Positions 57,899 to 64,000 of a DNA stretch of 64,000 nt are shown one piece after another. Source of the DNA: an uncultured archaeon (GTDB lineage Archaea > Asgardarchaeota > Heimdallarchaeia > Heimdallarchaeales > Heimdallarchaeaceae); assembly GCA_964549075.1 (NCBI GenBank), contig CAZJUB010000004.1, positions 1 through 64,000 on the forward strand, in the 5' to 3' direction. The translations under genes and the position numbers were made by a program. Under the pieces are notes generated by a model, which saw only the letters and a program-made list of their open reading frames with translations, was not told the origin of the DNA and did no database searches. The first letter of the stretch is position 1. Each line of letters begins with the position of its first letter.

Positions 57899-58798
57899 TT
57901 AATTTTCTTTCTGACATATAGGGCAGAAATAAATTGAACCACCAAGATATGCTTTTTTTTCTATCAACGTATCACAATTTGGACATGGAGTTCCAGCTGT
58001 TTTACTATAGAGCTTACTTTGATAACCACCATTATTATCAAACAGATCTTTCTCTGTACTTCTTCCTCCCTTAATAGCCATTTCATTGAGTTCCTTTCGA
58101 GTAGTATCATAGAGAAGTTTCCTTTCTTCTTTACTTAACGATTTCATTTCTCTAGCAGGATGGATCTTAGCTAAAAAGAAGATATCTTGAATGACTCCAT
58201 TTCCTATCCCTCGTAAACCTGGTTTAGTTATGAAGAAATACTTTGCACCACATTTTCTTTTTTCTGGAAGAGTATCAATTAACTCATTAAATTTCTCAAA
58301 AGCAAATTCCTCAGAAAGAGGATCTAGTTTATCATAGCCAACATGAGGATGTTGATTTATATACTTGGATTCGAATAATCTTACTTCCCCCCATCCTGAA
58401 ATTGTAACTGTAAAATAAGTACCATCTTCAAATTCGATGAATAGTTGATGTTTTTTTGGTAAGTTCTTATCATTCTCGTGATAGATAATTTTTTGTCCTC
58501 CACAGCCTAATGTGAGAATATAATCATCATCCATCTGGATAAAGATTATGTTCCCATTTCCCCAGCTTCTCTGGATTATTTTACCTTTTAATTTGTTAGT
58601 AAAAACCTCTCCTTTGTTTTCTTCACCTAATTGGACAGAAGAAGATCCTTGATACTGATGCTCAGGCAGATTATGTTTATCCATTGGAAACAGAAATTTA
58701 TGTGGTGTGAAACCTCTTATAGCATTTTTTATTTTCTTACCCACAAGTACGTCATTAATCTGTTTTGCTAAAGCTAGTGCTTCTGGAAGTTCAATCAT
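57899..58798 (-). CDS. Fpg/Nei family DNA glycosylase-like protein
   Basis: MIELPE N-terminus, H2TH GIGNGVIQDIFF.AKIHP, zinc finger CPNC...FCPICQ. Confidence 0.88.
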   Translation of the reverse strand: MIELPEALALAKQINDVLVGKKIKNAIRGFTPHKFLFPMDKHNLPEHQYQGSSSVQLGEENKGEVFTNKLKGKIIQRSWGNGNIIFIQMDDDYILTLGCGGQKIIYHENDKNLPKKHQLFIEFEDGTYFTVTISGWGEVRLFESKYINQHPHVGYDKLDPLSEEFAFEKFNELIDTLPEKRKCGAKYFFITKPGLRGIGNGVIQDIFFLAKIHPAREMKSLSKEERKLLYDTTRKELNEMAIKGGRSTEKDLFDNNGGYQSKLYSKTAGTPCPNCDTLIEKKAYLGGSIYFCPICQKEN

Positions 58799-58846
58799 GT
58801 GCAAATATTCATGATATTAATATAAAAACCTAACTTGTGGTATTGC

Positions 58847-59890
58847 TTATTCAAGTTCAAAAATTGGTGCTGATATAGTAATTCTAGTTCCAACGATTGT
58901 TCCTAATCTTTTTACAGACTCGATTTGCAGTTGCATTTCATATCTTTCTAACATACTTTGTGTCACCGCTACATCAAGTTTTTTTCTATCCAAAGCTGCT
59001 ATTTCAAGAATCTCAGTTTTTGCATCTGAAGAGAGTATAATTCCTTCAAACTGCAATTTTATATTTACTTTGTCTCTTCGAGGTTTGGTTACATAAATTT
59101 CTACATGTACTTTTTCATCAGTATACTCTAACATTCTTACTATTAAGTTGACAAAAATCCTGTAAAGGTATTCATCTCCCAAAATGATTATGTCCTCCAT
59201 ATGAGTAACTTCTGCTAAGATTTGATTTGCAAAGAAATTCTTAAGATACCCGATACTATAATTGATTACATCTTTGACCTTTTGTTTCGATAAAGGTCTT
59301 TCTTCTTGAAGTAACAAATTAATGTTAGCATTTTGAATAAGATAAATAGACCTAACCATTAATTCCCTCATTTTTTCTAATAGTTGTTCAGCTGTCTCTC
59401 CTTTCCATTGTTTATCATTCTTGAGTCTTTTGAAAAAATCAAGATAACCAATTTCTGCATGAAGATTATTTAATATGTCGTGTTGGAAAAGTTCGAAGAA
59501 AAATCTTCTTTGAGTAGCTACATCAATTAGATCTTGAATATCTCTGCACAAAAGAACAGAATAACTGAAAGATTCTGTTTTTATCAAAGTAGCAGACACA
59601 TGAAAAGGAATTTCAGTATTATTCTTTGTAATAAATGTAAATTGACCATTTTTAGATCCTTGTTCTAGTGTTTCTTCAAGGAAGGTTTTAAATCTCTTAG
59701 ATTCTTTCACAAATTTTCTTAATTCTTGTTTTTGAATATTAATTAAAGTCATACCTAAGTATCTAAGAGCTTGAATATTGGAATCCAGAATAACACCATC
59801 ATTATCTACAACAAAGATCATATCCATGCTTTCTTGGAATATGATATCAAATGTTTCTTGAAATAGTATCGCTTCATCTTCCGGATTCAT
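58847..59890 (-). CDS. PAS domain plus degenerate histidine-kinase-like protein
   Basis: PAS (DMIFVVDNDGVILDSN...RDI), H-box HDILNNL; N/G1/G2 boxes degenerate. Confidence 0.75.
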   Translation of the reverse strand: MNPEDEAILFQETFDIIFQESMDMIFVVDNDGVILDSNIQALRYLGMTLINIQKQELRKFVKESKRFKTFLEETLEQGSKNGQFTFITKNNTEIPFHVSATLIKTESFSYSVLLCRDIQDLIDVATQRRFFFELFQHDILNNLHAEIGYLDFFKRLKNDKQWKGETAEQLLEKMRELMVRSIYLIQNANINLLLQEERPLSKQKVKDVINYSIGYLKNFFANQILAEVTHMEDIIILGDEYLYRIFVNLIVRMLEYTDEKVHVEIYVTKPRRDKVNIKLQFEGIILSSDAKTEILEIAALDRKKLDVAVTQSMLERYEMQLQIESVKRLGTIVGTRITISAPIFELE

Positions 59891-59971
59891 GAAACAAAAC
59901 TTCCAACAATATTTTTAGTTCAGATGCGAATAAATATGTTGTGATTTTTCAAATATAAAAAAGTTGGTACG

Positions 59972-60571
59972 TTAGTACCAAACATCCTTTATTTTCAACC
60001 AGTAAGCAGCTATATTTACAACGAAATGTAGCAGAGGTGTGACAATTATCAAAACTATAAAGTAGAACCAGACATGAACTGCCCCCCATGTAAAAGGCAA
60101 AGCTAGAAGCACTCCAGTGACCATCCAAGATCCTTGATCATATAAAGGTAAAGCTCCACCAGATTTAATATTCATTCTACGTTTAATAAAAGAACCTGCT
60201 AAATCTGCAGCATGGTCCCCTATACTCATAAAGAAACCTACATACCAGGGATAAACAGGATAACCTGTTGGTGTTTCTACATTCCAAGATTCATAGATTA
60301 CATTGATTTGGAACATATGATATTTAAAGTAACATAAATACCAAACTAAAACGCCTGTAACTGTTCCTGCAATAATTCCAGCAATTATCCCTCTCCAAGT
60401 TTTATGATCTCCAAAAACTCTCCTTCCATCTTTCCAATCTTTACCAAAATCAACTGGTGTTCCTAAAAGTGGAATGAATTTGCTAAGATTTGCAAATGCA
60501 TTACACATTAGAACTGGTAAGCCAAAAAGTAGAGCGTAATAAACTAGGAGAAAAAACTGTTGAGCATCCAT
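59972..60571 (-). CDS. carS: CDP-archaeol synthase (DUF46)
   Basis: PVDFGK...DGRRVFGDHKTWRG, DLAGSFIKRR, P.YDQ, K.VWY terminus. Confidence 0.92.
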   Translation of the reverse strand: MDAQQFFLLVYYALLFGLPVLMCNAFANLSKFIPLLGTPVDFGKDWKDGRRVFGDHKTWRGIIAGIIAGTVTGVLVWYLCYFKYHMFQINVIYESWNVETPTGYPVYPWYVGFFMSIGDHAADLAGSFIKRRMNIKSGGALPLYDQGSWMVTGVLLALPFTWGAVHVWFYFIVLIIVTPLLHFVVNIAAYWLKIKDVWY

Positions 60572-60620
60572 GGAATTTGCAATAACTAAGGAAATTTAAG
60601 TATTTTGCATCGTATATTTA

Positions 60621-61607
60621 GTGGTTTGTTATAATAGAAAGAAAACATTAATATTTACCAAACAATTTCACAGTATCATAACACCTTTGAGGTCTCATTC
60701 ATTGAGTAATAAATCTGGCAGACGAAAAATCGACTATGAATGCAATATTTGCCGAAAAACAAGGATTTTGTTTGTTTTACCTTCACTACACCATAGTGTC
60801 GATGAAAGAGGTTACATTGAATACGTAGATATCCATCCTTGTGCAGATGAAAAATTGAATGCGAATATTCTCTATGTGGACAGAAATATGGTTGTGAGGT
60901 CTCAAGTTCCTGTCAAGGTTGGGGATGATGTTTCTAAACAAGACATTTCCTCTATGCAAATACCTGTTCCTAAAAGAGTAGATTTTAAAACAGTAAAGCT
61001 ATCTCTAGAAAAAGATTTCAAAGGTAAAAATATAAAGGAATTTACTATAATTGACAGATTAAGACAAACACGTTTTCAAACTTCAGAAAAAGAAGAGGAT
61101 TATACTTTAGAAATTTCTTCTGATCTTCAATTTATAGATATAAAAGTTAAGTTAAACAGAAATATTGATCTTGAAATAGCGGAAGATTGGTTAAAACAGA
61201 TAGCTTCAATTCTCGAGTCTGTAGTGATTCTTGACGAAGAGATGCTTTCATACATGTTATCTTACTTAGATCCAAAAATTCCTACAGGAACGACTGGAGA
61301 AACCATTATGGAGCTAGATATGATACTCCATGCTAAAAGTTCATTCCCCTTAGCATCTTTGAAATCGTATGCTTCTTTCAGGAGACAATGGCCATCTATA
61401 AAAGATGATCTCTCAGGAAAAGATTTCTTTACTTATGAGAAATTACTAACATATTGTATAGGTAATCAATACAAAACTCTTCTTGACATCTATTTTAAGG
61501 CTGAAGAATCAATGAATTTTCTAACATTTATTGATCGAGTAGAAGATCTCTCCATGCTTGGTTTGATAAATATCAAGAAAACTGAGTTCTACACTATTGA
61601 TGATTAA
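60621..61607 (+). CDS. Uncharacterised Zn-binding protein; paralog of 808..1722
   Basis: CNIC...HPC...YVDRNMVVRSQ; shared C-terminal EF.(S/T)ID; true start probably downstream of 60621. Confidence 0.75.
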   Translation: MVCYNRKKTLIFTKQFHSIITPLRSHSLSNKSGRRKIDYECNICRKTRILFVLPSLHHSVDERGYIEYVDIHPCADEKLNANILYVDRNMVVRSQVPVKVGDDVSKQDISSMQIPVPKRVDFKTVKLSLEKDFKGKNIKEFTIIDRLRQTRFQTSEKEEDYTLEISSDLQFIDIKVKLNRNIDLEIAEDWLKQIASILESVVILDEEMLSYMLSYLDPKIPTGTTGETIMELDMILHAKSSFPLASLKSYASFRRQWPSIKDDLSGKDFFTYEKLLTYCIGNQYKTLLDIYFKAEESMNFLTFIDRVEDLSMLGLINIKKTEFYTIDD

Positions 61608-61756
61608 ATTTATTATATTTATAAATCTAATAGCTCTTAATGTTTATAAGATGAAATACACAATGCGGTTTCTCATTCTAATTCATACATACCTTGAAAA
61701 ACAGAGATAAGTAACTGCAAAAAATTTAAAAAATTCAAAAAAGCTCTCTATTTTAG

Positions 61757-63121
61757 ATGGCTGATAATCCTGCACCTAAAAAAATGTCGCTAGTTGAAGC
61801 TATTTCAATGGCAGTTGGAACAATGATTGGTGCAAGCATTTTTTCGATTTTTGGACTCGGAACAGAAATTGCTGGTAAGAATCTTCCGTTCGCTTTTCTT
61901 TTATCTGCTTTTTATGCAATGATTGTTGCATATTCCTATGCAAGGATGGGATCCGCAATTAGATCAAATGCTGGACCTATTGCATTTATTTTAAAAGGTA
62001 TTGGAGATAATATAGTCACTGGTGCCCTTAGTATATTGATATGGATGATAAATGTAGTTTCAATCGCCTTATTCCTAAAAGGTTTTGCAGGATATTTACT
62101 GCCACTATTGAATTTTAACTCTACTACATTAAATTTCGCTATTGTTGAAGGGATTTTGATCATTATCTTCACAGCATTAAATTTCTTTGGGAGTAAAGCA
62201 GTCGGAAAAGTAGAATTCTTTATTGTTTTAATTAAACTTAGCATTCTGGTAGTTTTTATAATTGCAGGGCTAATAACTTTAAACGTCGGGAATATAATTC
62301 CTAGTACAGATAGCTCCCATATATCCGGGACCTTACATGCCTCAGTGATTTTCTTTCTTTCATATATGGGATTTGGTCTCATAACAAACGCTTCAGAAAA
62401 TATCAAAAATTCCAAGAAAAACGTTCCTAGAGCAATTTATTTGAGCATAATAATTGTGTCTATTGTATATATTTTGGTGGCAATCACTGCTGTGGGTAAT
62501 CTGTCAATCCAAGATTTAATCGCTGCTCAAGAAAACGCTCTAGCTGAAGCAGCAAAACCATTATTGGGGAATTTTGGTTATTTATTGATATCTATCGGAG
62601 CACTCTTCTCCATATCATCGGCATTGAATGCGACAATTTATGGTGGGGCAAATATTGCTTATTCTTTAGCCAAGGATGGAGAATTACCTGAATTTTTTGA
62701 AAGAAAAGTATGGTTTAAATCAACAGAAGGATTATATATTACAGCAGGTTTAGCTCTTGTTTTTGCAATAGTTTTTAATGTGGGAGAAATCGCTTCTATC
62801 ACTAGTTCCATCTTTATCATCATCTATCTCTTCGTTTTAATTTCTCATTTTCGACGTGCGAAGGAGTATAGGGGAAACCGTGTCATCCTTGGAATTAACA
62901 TCTCAATTCTATCGGTAATTTTCATTGCATCCATGTATTATCAGTTTACTACCCAACAAGTAGCTTTCTATGGAACTATCATCACACTTTTTGTAGCATT
63001 AATTGTAGAATACATCTTACGACGCTTCACAGTCAGAGAATTCAAGGTTATTGAAAAAACGATAGAAGAGGATGCCAAAACAATAGAACAGGACGTTAAA
63101 AAAATTGTTGAAAAATTATAG
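61757..63121 (+). CDS. APC family amino acid permease
   Basis: GTMIGASIF, YMGF, E..KN.KKNVPRAI, AKDGELP. Confidence 0.92.
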   Translation: MADNPAPKKMSLVEAISMAVGTMIGASIFSIFGLGTEIAGKNLPFAFLLSAFYAMIVAYSYARMGSAIRSNAGPIAFILKGIGDNIVTGALSILIWMINVVSIALFLKGFAGYLLPLLNFNSTTLNFAIVEGILIIIFTALNFFGSKAVGKVEFFIVLIKLSILVVFIIAGLITLNVGNIIPSTDSSHISGTLHASVIFFLSYMGFGLITNASENIKNSKKNVPRAIYLSIIIVSIVYILVAITAVGNLSIQDLIAAQENALAEAAKPLLGNFGYLLISIGALFSISSALNATIYGGANIAYSLAKDGELPEFFERKVWFKSTEGLYITAGLALVFAIVFNVGEIASITSSIFIIIYLFVLISHFRRAKEYRGNRVILGINISILSVIFIASMYYQFTTQQVAFYGTIITLFVALIVEYILRRFTVREFKVIEKTIEEDAKTIEQDVKKIVEKL

Positions 63122-63237
63122 ATAACTCAGTTACTCAGTAAGGGGAAAAGTATAAAACTTTGACACCTTTTTGACATCCTCGGAGTATTGAGATAGGTAA
63201 AGTAGTTTATTTATAGTAGTTTATTAATTAAAATTTG

Positions 63238-64000
63238 ATGAAATATTTAGCTAATAGGATCAATTTATTTCAAGAGTCTGTAATTCGTGAAATGACAAGA
63301 AAAGCAATAGAACATGATGCAATAAATCTCTCTCAAGGAATGCCAGACTATTCTCCGCCTTCAATTTTATTAGAAGGTCTAGATGAAGCTTTGAAGGACA
63401 ATGAACACCAATATTCTGTCACCTATGGGAGAAAAGATTTGAGAGAAAAAATCTCAGAAAAACTTGAAAATTATAATAACATCCTATATGACTCAGAGGA
63501 TGAAATTACAATAACTTGCGGTGCTAGTGAGGCGATAGCAAGTAGTATCCTAGCTATACTCAATCCTTCAGATGAAATTCTTATCTTTGAACCTTGGTAT
63601 GAAAATTATGTACCTTTAACGTACCTTAGTGGAGCCAAACCTGTATTCGTACAACTGGGAAATACTAATTTCAACATCGATGAAGAAAAGTTAAAACAAA
63701 GTATAACTGATAAAACTAAAGCTATTTTTATTAATACACCTCACAATCCTAGTGGAAAGGTTTTTTCAAAAGAAGAACTTCTTGTTTTATCTGATATTTG
63801 TAATGACAATGACTTGATAGCAGTTACTGACGAAATATATGAATATATCATATATGATAATTTAAAACACATAAGTCCTGCAAGTATTGGAGATATGTTT
63901 AACAAAACAATAACTATTTCTGGTTTTAGTAAGACTTTTTCTATTACTGGATGGAGGATAGGATATGTTGCAGCTGAGAGGGAACTTATGAGTGGAGTAA
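63238..64000 (+). CDS. PLP-dependent class I/II aminotransferase (3'-truncated by window edge)
   Basis: AINLSQG.PD, NTPHNPSGKV, DEIY, SKTFSITGWRIG; frame open to the window end. Confidence 0.93.
   Translation, partial: MKYLANRINLFQESVIREMTRKAIEHDAINLSQGMPDYSPPSILLEGLDEALKDNEHQYSVTYGRKDLREKISEKLENYNNILYDSEDEITITCGASEAIASSILAILNPSDEILIFEPWYENYVPLTYLSGAKPVFVQLGNTNFNIDEEKLKQSITDKTKAIFINTPHNPSGKVFSKEELLVLSDICNDNDLIAVTDEIYEYIIYDNLKHISPASIGDMFNKTITISGFSKTFSITGWRIGYVAAERELMSGV

Noticed and set aside
61708-63137. 10-bp imperfect inverted repeat (TAAGTAACTG / CAGTTACTCA) flanking the APC permease as possible mobile-element ends
   Set aside because: Too short for an AT-rich background; no transposase, integrase or target-site duplication seen
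63124-63180. Short direct repeats ACTCAGT x2 and TTGACA x2
   Set aside because: Only two short copies each, no spacer structure and no assignable function
1-64000. CRISPR arrays, tRNA/rRNA genes, IS elements, prophage
   Set aside because: No regularly spaced repeats, GC-rich structured RNA segments, transposase, integrase or capsid motifs were seen by eye; tRNAscan-SE or Infernal would be needed to exclude small RNAs

Overview
AT-rich, gene-dense chromosomal segment of an archaeon, most likely an Asgard archaeon (Heimdallarchaeia-like; this is inference). Archaeal markers are CDP-archaeol synthase CarS, a ThiR regulator, GGTGA ribosome-binding sites, TATA-like promoters and a T-tract terminator. 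Eukaryote-signature-like architectures are a membrane RING protein, a TPR-longin/roadblock protein and a large Ig-repeat receptor-like protein with a longin/uDENN-like tail. About 55 CDS are present. Recognisable genes include ligA with divergent pncC, RNase III, a thiamine ABC operon with ThiR and a ThiK-like kinase, feoAB, tldD/pmbA, a DUF134-NifX-MinD/ferredoxin operon and two orphan N6-adenine DNA methyltransferases. No rRNA, tRNA, CRISPR array or transposase was seen. Main leads: (i) an unrecognised family of three paralogous ~570-680 aa membrane proteins, two of them packed directly behind an orphan DNA methyltransferase; (ii) the 1452-aa single-pass receptor-like protein; (iii) four palindromic operator candidates, each next to or matching a plausible regulator; (iv) two pseudo-enzymes (archaemetzincin, histidine kinase); (v) a FeoB with an unusual Arg/His/Phe-rich N-terminal leader; (vi) two or three decaying membrane-protein pseudogenes. 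All calls come from motif reading by eye; no database searches were run.
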